From NCBI GenBank assembly GCA_963663405.2, contig CAXXSM010000164.1:1-58728 (forward strand): 58,728 bases of DNA, given 5' to 3'. The notes beneath the pieces were generated by a model. It made no database searches and was not told the origin of the DNA. It saw nothing but the letters and a program-made list of their open reading frames with translations. This DNA comes from a bacterium. Lineage in GTDB: Bacteria; Hinthialibacterota; Hinthialibacteria; Hinthialibacterales; Hinthialibacteraceae. How positions within the stretch are numbered: position 1 is the stretch's first letter; each line of letters opens with the position of its first letter. The translations under genes and the position numbers were made by a program. Shown here piece after piece: positions 21,940 through 32,635 of this stretch.

Positions 21940-23469
21940 TCATGACGAAGCCTGTTTCTTTTTCCGGGCATAGCGCACATCCTGGCGGACATTATCCAGA
22001 CAGCGGCCGATCAAGTGCAATTCATCCGGTTGGCGGCACTGTTCGGTCAGAATGTGTAGTTTTCCGGCCAGATGCGCCAGGTCCCGGTCGTAGGCATCAA
22101 GCGCCTTATCCGATAAGCGCAACAGGTAGATGGATTCACCGGCGGTTTCATTCTTGAGTGGTTCAAAATCTAACTCACCGGTCATGATATCGCCAACACG
22201 GCTTGTATAGGCTTTTTCAACCTTTAGTAGCCAATGCACAAGATTATCTGCTGCACTACTGTTTTTGGGAGCGTATAAATCGCGGACTACTTGCAACAAA
22301 ACCTGTTCGTTTGATAGCGAAGCGTCCTGCAATAGCAGACCTGTGTAGCGAGTCATCAGGTTGTAACCCGGGTTATTTAACGGGCCTACAAAATACTCAA
22401 ACGCTCGACCTCCATCAGCGCTCAAAGAGCGGATGGCGTCGTCGGTTAATCGCGCATGTGGAAAGAACCAACGGTCGCGTTTCCAGCGTTGTGGGGGCAC
22501 GACAACGGCGCCGCCCAGCGATCCTAGCGCGCATGGCAGGCCGGCAGTTAGCGTTCGACGGTATTCACTTCCCAGTCGCTTCGACTGATCCGTGACGTCG
22601 GTGAGATAGTCCAAGTGACGGATCATTTTTTGCAGCGCATTGGCGCCGCATCCCAAGTCCACTCCCCAAGCGCTCATCCCAAGGATCTGATCCGGATACT
22701 TTTGCCGAACGTATTGGGCGGTTTCGTCAATGACGCGGGAATGAAACTCGGTATCCGAAAGCGTCTTGCATTCTCTGCAAAAACAGCGGCCCAAATCGCC
22801 GGATTGGAAACCAAAACCTTGTGTCCCCATCTCCTGCACGATTAGATCCACAATATCCCGCATCCATTGACGCGCAGATTCGCTGTGATAGCACATAGCC
22901 ACGCCGTTGTCGGGTTGGAAGCCGCCCCAGGCGCGGCGTCCCTCGTTGCGCGCTGTGGTCGGGTCGTGTTTGATGATCTCTTCAAAGCTCCAACTGTACA
23001 CACCCAGGCCGTGGAGGATCTTGATCCCCACTTTATCGGCCTCAATCAGAATTTGGTCGATGATCCGGCGGCGTTGCGGGACCAGGGCCTTTTTCAAGGG
23101 CACGGGCCAGGCATGGGAGACATACAGGCCCCAGATGGTCATGCCGTTGTAGCCATAATCCCAGGCAATGCGCAGGAATTGTTTGTACTCCTCGACAGTC
23201 CGTTCATCCACATCCGTAATCGGCCAACGTTTACCAACCAGGGGACGGTGACAGATATCGTTAATCCATCCCAAAAGCAGGCGGAAATCGTAGCCTTTTC
23301 CGCCGGATCGGGCCGGTTGCGGGGTATGTACTGCTGACGGTGTCATTGCGGCACTCGCAACGGCCCCACCAGCCAGTTTCAGAAGGTCCCGCCGACTCAC
23401 GGAACCGGACGTGTGACAATGGTTCACAAGATGCGGATGCGTCATAGTGATCCTCCAGTCATGTTTCAC
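21940..23469 (-). CDS. Tat-exported hypothetical protein, probable glycoside-hydrolase-like TIM barrel
   Basis: SRRDLLK twin-arginine signal; GYNGMTIWG, DLGRCFCREC. Confidence 0.6.
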   Translation of the reverse strand: MKHDWRITMTHPHLVNHCHTSGSVSRRDLLKLAGGAVASAAMTPSAVHTPQPARSGGKGYDFRLLLGWINDICHRPLVGKRWPITDVDERTVEEYKQFLRIAWDYGYNGMTIWGLYVSHAWPVPLKKALVPQRRRIIDQILIEADKVGIKILHGLGVYSWSFEEIIKHDPTTARNEGRRAWGGFQPDNGVAMCYHSESARQWMRDIVDLIVQEMGTQGFGFQSGDLGRCFCRECKTLSDTEFHSRVIDETAQYVRQKYPDQILGMSAWGVDLGCGANALQKMIRHLDYLTDVTDQSKRLGSEYRRTLTAGLPCALGSLGGAVVVPPQRWKRDRWFFPHARLTDDAIRSLSADGGRAFEYFVGPLNNPGYNLMTRYTGLLLQDASLSNEQVLLQVVRDLYAPKNSSAADNLVHWLLKVEKAYTSRVGDIMTGELDFEPLKNETAGESIYLLRLSDKALDAYDRDLAHLAGKLHILTEQCRQPDELHLIGRCLDNVRQDVRYARKKKQASS

Positions 23470-23611
23470 CTATCTCAGAGGCGTTTGACCGGGAAAATCA
23501 ACCGGATACACGAGTTGGTTTTTTAACGAAGCGCATGCCGGTTCCATGCGAACCCATTATTGTAAACATAAACCAGTTTACCGCCGCTGGATCAGCCATA
23601 TAGATCCTCAA

Positions 23612-25550
23612 TTATTTGGAGTACTCCGGCGGTCTACTGAATTTGCCGACAAAACCGCCGCCCTGTTTCATTGAGATTGTGATCGTGTTATTGCGCTTGA
23701 CCGGAATAGCCGTCTCGATCTGCAGGGCGCTGTTGGGGCCGTCGGCGTCCCGGCACAGCATGGCCCGATATTCGCCGTCGCCCAGAAACGACAGGTTCAA
23801 TGTGTAGTCATGCGACTGCCGCTGGCAATTGAGTACTGCCACGTACCAGTCTTCACCTGAACGGCGTGCCATGGCGACGGTGCGGCCAATCGCTGATCCG
23901 TCCAACACGCGAGTTTCATCCCACATCGTCGGCACAGTGCGAATCAGCGGCAGCATGGGGCTCTCCAGATACGCCTCCGGATGGTCGGGCCAACAACTAA
24001 AAGGCGAACTGAAGACCACGGTCGTGCCGAACTGAAATGAGGATGTAGTGTTTTTAAGGTACTTCGACCGCACAAAACCGGGCAGGAAATCGCCGTGGCC
24101 AACCACCATACGCGTGAATGGCAGAGATCCATAATGCTCCAGCGGCAGTTGATCCCACAACACGTATTCCTGTTCGCGGAGGCCTTCACGCGCGACTTCA
24201 TGCGGCCAGGTACGCATCTCGCCGGCCGGTTTGTTGGCCCCGTGGAAGTTGATCGTCAGTTGGTATTCGGCCGTTTCCCGCAGGATGGCTTCGTACACAT
24301 CGATGATCTCCTTACGTTCGGAATCGAAAAAATCGATCTTGACGCCCTGTACGCCCGCGTCTTTGCACTTTTGGAAGAACTCGCGTCGCACTGTCGGATT
24401 CGTCAAACCCGGACCATCGTCGCGACCTTCCGGATAGGCGTTCCACACAACGATACCTACGTTTCGCTCTTTGCCATACCGGCACAGTTCCGTCAATCGT
24501 GCCCATAAATCGCCGCCATCACGCAGGAAACCCCACTTTTCGGTACGCCAACCGCCGTCGACCCAGCAGGTACTCGCACCCCCATAGCCGCGCACTGGTC
24601 TACGAACCACTTCTGCCGCCACCATTGCGCGCCGTCGTTGAGGAATACAGCCCAGGTACAAATGGACTTGCCCGCCCGAATCCAATCCGTGTGGAGTCCT
24701 TTTGGAAATAATGCCCGGATCCGGTGCCTCGCCCAAACTGTAGATCAGGTCTGAGTTGACCAGCGCGTTCAAGTCCGGGCAGACAATTGTGACGCGCCAT
24801 GGTGACAGGATCTCCCCATCGACCGTCCAGCCGTTCTCATCATCCTGAAACCACGGCTTGTAGTGTGGAATCGTTCACAACATTTAATGTCATGCCACTG
24901 TAGCCATAAACACAGGCCTCGGTGATCAATGCATAGCCACCGCCGGGCCGTTCCATAGTGATCGGGCATCCGATCCATTTTCTACTATCCTCCGCTTGTC
25001 CATGCAGAGCCGCCAAGGTGCTTTGATAGTAGTTGCCTTCATAATTTCTGGTATTATTCTGCAACCAGATCGGAGCATCTTTGGGCAAACGCCACGCAGT
25101 GCTTTCCCCACGGAGGCGTCGCTGTCCGTCACCTGGAACACGATAACGGTAAGCCACTCCGTCGTCAAACACGCGCACCTCTAGGGTCCACAGTTGGCTG
25201 GTATCGGTCATGGTGACGGGGATACGGTATTCGATGCAATGATTGACAGCTGTCGATTTCACGCCACGACATGGCAATTCTTCGTGAATCGTACGCTGAA
25301 ACACAGCCCCGACAGTCACACCCAATCCCGTATCGTGATCATCAACCAGAACGCCCAATGGTGATGGGAGTACAACATCCACGTCACCATTTCGCATAGC
25401 CAGTGTCAGTCTCTGAGCGTCATCCACAGTTACAACCGCAGTTATCTTGCTGTCTGGTGATGATAAAATGCAAGTCGCAGATTGTGCGTTGCGCATGGTT
25501 AAAAAAAATAAGACAACGCCTGCAAAAAAATTCATAAATAATTGATTCAT
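23612..25550 (-). CDS. GH97 alpha-glucosidase/galactosidase, frameshifted
   Basis: LSSPD, EVRVFDDGVAYRY, VDGGW, GVKIDFFDSE, INFHGANKPAG..RTWP, PFTRMVVGHGD, PTMWDETRVL, MARRSGEDWYV. Confidence 0.85.
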
Positions 25551-25809
25551 AGTTGCGCCATTTCGATGCTGGTGGAGGTCTTCCAACAATCGCCCCTGTC
25601 GCGGTTAATGGGCGTGAATAAGAGACAGTCTGCTCCGTGGGCTGTCTACATCCGGTTCTTTACTATTTTGATTTGTCATTGGCCTATCGGGTACTGGTGT
25701 AAAGTTGTTATCTTCTATTTTCATATTCTATCCTGTTTAAAATTCTTACTGTAACGAATTACAAATCTCTTCTCTATTTTACTCTCGTATAAAATAAACA
25801 AATCACATA

Positions 25810-28800
25810 TCAATGTGGCAACCTATTATTGGACAAGACAGCCAAAGGAGCGATGCTAAGGTCACTGATCTCAGTCCCTTCTGTACGAATAGCCAGTTTC
25901 TTCACATCCAGATCGGGGCGGTAGGAGATCATCGTGCGATGTCCGGCGATCTCGGCGTCGATCAGCGATCCGCCTAGCTTGTCATTGCTCTTGACCATCA
26001 CACGCATACAAAACGGCTTGTCAACCCCAATCAGATTCTCGATGGCATAGTCGCGCGCACTGTGGGGCGATCCACCTTCCCGCAGGGACTTTTGCCTTTG
26101 CGCCTGGCCATTTAATGATCCCGGTCCGAATTGCGCCCGCAGACCATCCAACGATATCCCCAACTCGCATCCGGCTTGTTCTCCATTTCCCGGTAGGAAC
26201 GAGATACCGAATCCGCCTTTGCCGGACTTGCCGGGATGGACCGTGAACTCGAGCAGGAACGAAGCGTAGTCTGTTGAGAAGAGGGTAGGTTTAGTGAGCG
26301 TCGCCGCTAAACGGACCGTCGTTCCGACATCAGGCATTATTTCCTTCATCCATTTCGAACCAATCCGGCCATCGGGAAACTGAATGAGTTCACGAATCAG
26401 CAAGGCGCCGCCCCAACCGCGCACCGGCACCCATGCCGCCATCAGAAATCGACCGTCGACAATTTTTGTGACGGCCGGAACGTTCGAGCCGTCATAGAAA
26501 TCCATCCCCTTGCGGACGACATCCTCGTAGGCCGAGTCCGGCGCGTCGGCCGGTTTAGACCACAAACCACTGAAGCCTCCGATCACGTACTCGAATCTGC
26601 CCCACCGGAAAAAGATAGTACAGTCGCCGCCGGGCGGGAACTCATCATTGACACAGCGCCAGCCGCCATCCAGGGATTCGGACTCCCAGGTACCTTGAGA
26701 TCGATAGTTTGCCAGCAAGCGCAATCGTCCGTCAGGATCGATGTACACGCTGGGATTCTCACACGGGTGAAACATGATTCCTGATTTCTTGAAACTCGCG
26801 ATGCCGTCGGTACAAACCGAATAGGTCGAACCCGCAGGAAAACCAGGTGTGGTTGCGCGTGGAAAGGCGCCGGTTCGTCCATTTTGTTTCAGATAATCCC
26901 ATTGCGCTTTTAGCGCTGTTTTTTCTTGTGGATAGACGCGTGTTGTGTGCAGGCCGTAACTAATATAGAGTTGATTGTCGAGGATGAACGGTACTCCCGT
27001 GCCGATGCATTCCCATTGTTCTTCCAGCGGTGTCGACGCCTCGTGCTCGGTCCATGTCTTGAAGTTTGCTGTCGATAGGTGCTCGAAGTAATGAGCTCCG
27101 CAGCCAAACTTGCTGCCATGATGCCGCCGGTCATACAGATAGAAAACATGATACCGCCCGTTGTAATAACACGTCTCGACGTCACCAACCCAATTATTAT
27201 GTCCGGGAGGTGTCCAGTACTGAATGTCTGAATCCAATCGGATCGTTTTCGCAGATGCCAGTTCGGTTCTGATGGCAGGGAAGTAAAGTGTCGCCTGTTT
27301 TACCAGCGCGGGGTCTATCTTCCACGCGTTCATCATTTCCCATCGTGCATACCCAAAGGGGAAATCATTGTCGAGTAATTCACCGTCCACATACATCCGC
27401 CAATCCGGACCCGTGAAATGAAGAACAACCTCATGTTCGCCAAAGGGCTGGGGCAGCATAGCAAGGGGGATGCCGATGGTCATGTTTTGCCAGTCGGGAT
27501 GCTCGATGGAATGCAGTGTCAATGTGGCTTCTAAAACAGGAACCGATCCATCCCGCATTTTGAATGCTGGATAGTTCTGGCGGTCACGGTTTTCTGGATC
27601 GTGTAGATGAAGACTAACATGTAAAACACCAGGTATTGACAGAATGTCCCTGTCCTGGTCAGGCTCCCTCAGATTGAGATTGAGTTTGACCGAGAAACCG
27701 GTGGTTGCGTCCGACGGTCCAGCAAAGGCAGCCTTTGGATTCTGGACATTCAATGTTCCGACTGGAGTTTGCGTGGTATCGAAACGCCAGAATCGGCTTC
27801 GCAACTTCACTCCAACCTTACTGTTTCTAACTTCCGCTGCGTCCCTCTTCGTCTGGCTGACCAAGATATTTCGTTCAAGGTTGGAATTGCTGGAAACAGT
27901 GCAGGCGGATTTTGTACTGCCAGATGGAATAGTAGCAAGAGCAGCACTGATTTGCCGGAGTTGATCCATATGCATCGCGGAGATGGTTCCGATTGGGCCA
28001 TTTGCGGGATTCCAATTCGGCCCGGTATCCAGCGTAATGACGCCGGAATTCTCTACGACTTTCATCGCCCATTGAGACCATTTCTCGGTCGGATAACGCA
28101 CTTCTCTCTTGGCCCAGCCCGGACCGAGATAGGTCAACGTGTGCCACTGCGATCCATCAATCCAGCGGGAATCCGGAACATAATCCAGCGGTTCGTTCAA
28201 TTCTCCAGCCGTATAGTCTTCCGCGTCGGTCCAATGGATGAGTTTAATTCCCGGATTGAAGGTAACAATCGCTTTTGAGTTGCCACGTTTGACGGCGTAA
28301 ATTTTTGCGATCTCGTTATTGAATCCGATCCATTCGTATCCACCATCGAACCACCAACCGGCTACTTTGTCATGATAGCGCGCAGACCAGTCATAAATCA
28401 CTTCCGCCCATTTTTGGGCGAACGTCACATCAATCGATTGATCTTTTGCGCCCTGCGCAAGGCCGAACGCCTCTTGCGCCCGCTTGTCTCCATTGGGCGC
28501 CTGACAAGGCAGATACAACATCAGTTTTATCCCTTTGGGGTAAAGGGCACGATACAGATCCAATGGCAGATCGCGTGTAGAGCAACGTTCCCCCGCTTTA
28601 TAACCGGTTATACATTCATACGTCGGATTGGGCGAATTCATAAATCCCGAATTCTGTCCCAGAGTCAACACAAAATATTTCGCCCCAACCTTCTCAAGTT
28701 GATCGGCCAAGGCATCCACATCGAATTCTATGACGCGTTCCAGTTCATTGGCATTGCCGGGCAACAGATGCATAAACACCCCCAAACGGGCGTCTTTAAA

Positions 28801-28908
28801 CCAGTCCGTATTCGGATTGTTCGCGTCGGCCCATAAATTGGAGGGCAGCAGAGTCAAAACAACACAAAATAAAATCAGTCGATAGTTTAAAGTTTTAGAA
28901 TGTTCCAT
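25810..28908 (-). CDS. Secreted multidomain glycosidase: GH29-like barrel, LamG-like segment, GH32-like propeller
   Basis: DWFKDARLGVFMH, GAKYFVLT, AGWWFDG; HEVVLHF..MYVDGEL; WVGD..YYNGRYHVFYL, CIGTG. Confidence 0.7.
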   Translation of the reverse strand: MEHSKTLNYRLILFCVVLTLLPSNLWADANNPNTDWFKDARLGVFMHLLPGNANELERVIEFDVDALADQLEKVGAKYFVLTLGQNSGFMNSPNPTYECITGYKAGERCSTRDLPLDLYRALYPKGIKLMLYLPCQAPNGDKRAQEAFGLAQGAKDQSIDVTFAQKWAEVIYDWSARYHDKVAGWWFDGGYEWIGFNNEIAKIYAVKRGNSKAIVTFNPGIKLIHWTDAEDYTAGELNEPLDYVPDSRWIDGSQWHTLTYLGPGWAKREVRYPTEKWSQWAMKVVENSGVITLDTGPNWNPANGPIGTISAMHMDQLRQISAALATIPSGSTKSACTVSSNSNLERNILVSQTKRDAAEVRNSKVGVKLRSRFWRFDTTQTPVGTLNVQNPKAAFAGPSDATTGFSVKLNLNLREPDQDRDILSIPGVLHVSLHLHDPENRDRQNYPAFKMRDGSVPVLEATLTLHSIEHPDWQNMTIGIPLAMLPQPFGEHEVVLHFTGPDWRMYVDGELLDNDFPFGYARWEMMNAWKIDPALVKQATLYFPAIRTELASAKTIRLDSDIQYWTPPGHNNWVGDVETCYYNGRYHVFYLYDRRHHGSKFGCGAHYFEHLSTANFKTWTEHEASTPLEEQWECIGTGVPFILDNQLYISYGLHTTRVYPQEKTALKAQWDYLKQNGRTGAFPRATTPGFPAGSTYSVCTDGIASFKKSGIMFHPCENPSVYIDPDGRLRLLANYRSQGTWESESLDGGWRCVNDEFPPGGDCTIFFRWGRFEYVIGGFSGLWSKPADAPDSAYEDVVRKGMDFYDGSNVPAVTKIVDGRFLMAAWVPVRGWGGALLIRELIQFPDGRIGSKWMKEIMPDVGTTVRLAATLTKPTLFSTDYASFLLEFTVHPGKSGKGGFGISFLPGNGEQAGCELGISLDGLRAQFGPGSLNGQAQRQKSLREGGSPHSARDYAIENLIGVDKPFCMRVMVKSNDKLGGSLIDAEIAGHRTMISYRPDLDVKKLAIRTEGTEISDLSIAPLAVLSNNRLPH

Positions 28909-28936
28909 AAAATATCTCCTTGAAACATTAATATAG

Positions 28937-29453
28937 TTACGGTTTGAGTGCCTTGAACCAGTCGATTGCCAGTTTACTGTTGCCTGATTCGGTTAAGCGC
29001 TGGCCGTCCTTTTGCCAGTCACCGTGTACAAAGCACACGGTGTTGGGCAAGATCACGAATTTGGTGTTCGTGCGTTGATCTATAAGTCTAGGCAAAGTTG
29101 CCTTGAATTACTTGGCCAGGTTGTCATCGAACTCGTGCGGTAGCAGGAATGAAACCAGCACGAGCGTATCCGGTTTGCGTTTATGGATGGCGTCCACCAA
29201 TCCCATCAAGCGCACGGCGCCCTGTTTTTCCGGATCGTAACCGGGCTGGCGATCTCCGATGTTATTGTAGTCGTTCACACCCAGCAGCAAGAGCACAATA
29301 TCCGGCTGGTGCTGCATGAATTTCTTCACGCGCACAAACAGGTTGCCCCGTCCGTCGCTCCAATCATCGCCCAGACTCGGTCCCGGACCGATGGTAAAAT
29401 CACTGTGTCCTTCGTGGTCCGGATCACCTCTGTTGTATGGGGTATCGTGGACC
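28937..29453 (-). pseudogene. SGNH/GDSL hydrolase C-terminal remnant
   Basis: DPDHEGHS, PDIVLLLLGVND, degenerate DG..LTESGN.KLA.DWF.AL; 5' part replaced by the IS end at 29454. Confidence 0.6.
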
Positions 29454-30240
29454 TGTCAACCGCGAATCCGACAACCACTAAACGCCTGACGACATTATCG
29501 TTATATCATAGAGTCTCATTCCGATAAATACTCGTAAATGGGACCACTATGGATGGAATTCAAGTGCTGTTTTCATTGATCTTGAAGGCTAATATATTAT
29601 CTGCTCGCTGGGCGGGAACTGTTCGTATCAGGCAAATGTGGAATCTTGCTGGGGAGAAGAATTATCTCAAAATCGAGATCCAATTGTTCCGGGATCGGAT
29701 TTTTCAATTGGAAACCGAACTGGAAATTTGTTGAAAATATAGAAACGATACAAATCTAAAGTCGCACTACACACTTCGAGAAAGATTGCTGATTCTTTGG
29801 TACAGGAATATTTTTCAAGTATCGACACGCGAGATCACGAAACGACTTGGCGTTGCACGAGCAATGATTTATCGATGGATAAGGAAGATCGGAGACGCGT
29901 CTTCAAAGAAAACAGAACCGGCAAATAAGACGCCGATCGAATTAGTACGATTGGTTTTTCAGATAGCGAAAGTCAATTCTCACTAGGGTCGCATTCGTAT
30001 CTCCCTTCAATTGAGTCTTCTTCAAGTTTTCATGGCGGCCTCCACGGTTCGAAATATTCTCGACCGCCCTGAGCCCTCTCCCCCGGAAAGCCACCCCCCC
30101 CCCCCAAAAAAAAAGGAAATCTTCAAAATTGTTGAGCCAATCGGTCTGTTTCGGCGTTGTATCCCAATCATGTTTGAAGTGTGGATCGAACGATTGTAAA
30201 GCATGGGGATTGTGGCCTTGTTACGCTCTAGTGATAACTT
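29454..30240 (+). mobile_element. Degenerate IS (HTH plus integrase-core type) left end and transposase N-terminus
   Basis: TGTCAA..GCGAATC end; DRIFQLETEL, LGVARAMIYRW, TPIELVRLVFQIA..N..GRIRI..L...ASTVRNIL with stops. Confidence 0.6.
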
Positions 30241-30299
30241 GGATAGTTTTTACCAATGATAAATGAGTAAGAATATAAAGAGAAAGTGTCCTCGGACCA

Positions 30300-30641
30300 G
30301 ATTCAAACAGACGCTTTTCAACCGCCATCAGCACGAGATTTATGATTTTTCTCGTTGGTACCTGTAAATTTTCAATTCCGTTTCCAACTGGAAAATTCGA
30401 TCATGTAAAAAACGAATCTCATCTTCCCTTCCCTCATACTGTCCAAAGAAATTACGTAATCTTTGGATCAGATTCCTTCCTACTCAACGAGTCGAGAGTA
30501 TAAGAGCATTGAGGATCAATAGAATTGCTGCATGAATTACGTTCATAGAGGTCCCATTTACGAGTCTATATTGAAAGGGGATCATATGATATAACATTAA
30601 TAACATCAAGTGATTAGCAGTGGACCGATTCGCCCTTGACA
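30300..30641 (-). mobile_element. Second, inverted degenerate copy of the same IS left end
   Basis: Reverse complement TGTCAAGGGCGAATC...GTTATATCATA...CTCGTAAATGGGACC matches 29454-29550; encodes MNVIHAAILLILNALILSTR*...HDRIFQLETEL. Confidence 0.6.
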
Positions 30642-31130
30642 GCTACACTTGGACTGGATTACCGCTCTAACGGCGAAACAAGTCCAACAGTTGATGAAAA
30701 AAAAGACTCTTCAACCGTCCTTGTTTGACGATCGGGATTTGGCTGAAATTCAGTCGCCGGACTATCCGGGGGAACGTCTTGTGGCGTGCCGCAATCCTTT
30801 ACTGGCGTCCGAACGCGCCCGCACGCGGCAAGAACTTCTTCGGGCCACGGAGAAAGAACTTGACAAGATCGCCGCCGCTGTACGCCGTTCCCATCGGCCT
30901 CTTCGAGGCAAAGCGGAAATTGGAGTGCGAGTGGGAAAAGTGATCAACCGGTTTAAGGTTGGCAAGCATTTTAAAGCCACCATCGAAGACGCCAACTTTC
31001 AGTATGAACGAAAGAAAGAAAAGATTCGTTTGGAAGAAAGCCTGGATGGGATTTACATCGTTCGTTCCAGTGTTCCGAATCCTCCATTGAGTTCGGAAGA
31101 ACTGGTAAAAACTTACAAAGGGCTCTCTTA
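30642..31130 (+). pseudogene. IS1634-family transposase internal fragment
   Basis: DWITAL, LQPSLFD, PGERLVACRNP, VGKVINRFKVGKHF, LDGIYIVRS, YKGLS. Confidence 0.75.
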
Positions 31131-31268
31131 TTCTGAATATCACCATTTGTACCCTTGTTTACCTATAGTTACTAGATATTTGGGCAAAATTTGGTTAAAT
31201 ATAAATTTTCAATGTCAATCGCTTTCAATATTGACGCCTCATTTAAAGTCCAAATTTTGATTGAGTTT

Positions 31269-31874
31269 CTATTGTTTTAATGGGATGTTACCAATATATG
31301 TTAAAAATTGTATTTCACGAATTCCCTCCTGCGGATCAATTAATCTTGGATGATAAGCATCCCTATCAAGAAATGTTTTAACACCACCTTTTGTACGACT
31401 TGGAGATAATTTAACATAACGTGTTTGACCTTCTAGTAAAACGAATGAAACACTTCTATAAGATTTTGGATCTGTTAGAAAATCGCTTTTTCCGACAACA
31501 ACTTCATATTCTCCAGGAATACGATCTACAAAGAAAAAGAATCTTTTCATAGCAGATTGACCAATAACTTCTCTATTAAGAAACACATCTCTTACACTAG
31601 AAGTTCCTAAAAATCTTTTTGTATTATTTCCGTAAAAAACAACTCTTCCATAGCCAATCTTTATTAACGGTAGTTCCAATACTATTTCATTCCTTGGAGT
31701 TTTCTTTTTGTATTCTGTAATACAAGCGGAAATGGTAGAAATTGTTAATAATAAAAAAAATATTTTTATAAAATAAATGTTTTTATTTTTTTTAATGTTC
31801 ATTAGAATGTTCATTGGTTTGACATTTTTATGATTAATAAATTTATAAAAGTACATTATTTTTTCTTTCTTCAA
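31269..31874 (-). CDS. Putative lipoprotein (DUF2846-like)
   Basis: ISAC lipobox; GRVVFY, FFFVDRIPGEYEV, GQTRYVKL; AT-rich. Confidence 0.6.
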   Translation of the reverse strand: MKKEKIMYFYKFINHKNVKPMNILMNIKKNKNIYFIKIFFLLLTISTISACITEYKKKTPRNEIVLELPLIKIGYGRVVFYGNNTKRFLGTSSVRDVFLNREVIGQSAMKRFFFFVDRIPGEYEVVVGKSDFLTDPKSYRSVSFVLLEGQTRYVKLSPSRTKGGVKTFLDRDAYHPRLIDPQEGIREIQFLTYIGNIPLKQ

Positions 31875-32335
31875 TTGTTTTTGAGTAATGTTCCAGTATA
31901 ATAAAAGATTTGCTTTTCAAGTAAATCTCTTCCATAATCTTTGTCTAAAATCATAAAATAGGATGTCATTACATTCCGAGGCTTTCTATAAAATAATTCA
32001 ATAAATATCTCTTGACTAGCTTGAATTGTAAATTCTTTACGTTCTCCATGAAACATTCGAAATGAATTTTTACTGCCTCTCCAACACTCATAATCTCCTG
32101 GAGAAATATCAACATAAAAAACCTTGTAAGCACCACTAAGTTTACCAATTTCATTCTCTATATCACTACTTACTTTACTTAACATAATGTCTGTAAATTC
32201 TAAATCAGTAGCTTGAGAGAGAAAATAAACTCTACCTTTTTCTGGATCTAAAGGTGGAATTAGGTGCTTTACTTCTTTATAAGGAGTAAGCGTTTGACAT
32301 GAAAGTAGAATAAAACAAACTAATATTAAACTCAT
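31871..32335 (-). CDS. Putative lipoprotein (DUF2846-like paralog); true start may be about 32385
   Basis: LLSC lipobox; IPPLDPEKGRVYF, FYVDISPGDY; GAGGAG RBS precedes the ATG at 32385. Confidence 0.6.
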   Translation of the reverse strand: MSLILVCFILLSCQTLTPYKEVKHLIPPLDPEKGRVYFLSQATDLEFTDIMLSKVSSDIENEIGKLSGAYKVFYVDISPGDYECWRGSKNSFRMFHGERKEFTIQASQEIFIELFYRKPRNVMTSYFMILDKDYGRDLLEKQIFYYTGTLLKNN

Positions 32336-32409
32336 AAATCTAGTAAATATCTTAGTCTGATTTTTTTTACTGATATCCTGAGCATGATAAATTATCCTCC
32401 TCTGTAGTG

Positions 32410-32469
32410 GATCATTTTATAACCTTATTAACGTCAAGCGATTAGCCGTAGTACGATTCGCAGTTTACA
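32410..32469 (-). mobile_element. Third isolated end of the 29454/30641 IS family
   Basis: TATAACCTTATTAACGTCAAGCGATTAGCCGTAGTACGATTCGC..TTACA aligns with TATAACATTAATAACATCAAGTGATTAGCAGTGGACCGATTCGC..TGACA. Confidence 0.5.
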
Positions 32470-32635
32470 GGTATATCCTAGAACTTGTAATATTTTTCTA
32501 CTCTTTTTAGGAAGTCAGAGAATCAAATAAAAACAAAAATGCATAATTTTTCTCCTTTATATATGGTTTACTAATAAATCGTACTACATAACATAAAATC
32601 TATAAATTTAATGAGTTTTTCCGTACAGTAGAGTG

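Noticed and set aside
30094-30114. C12-A9 tract as a phase-variation switch
   Set aside because: It lies in an already decayed transposase, and homopolymer lengths are unreliable in this assembly.
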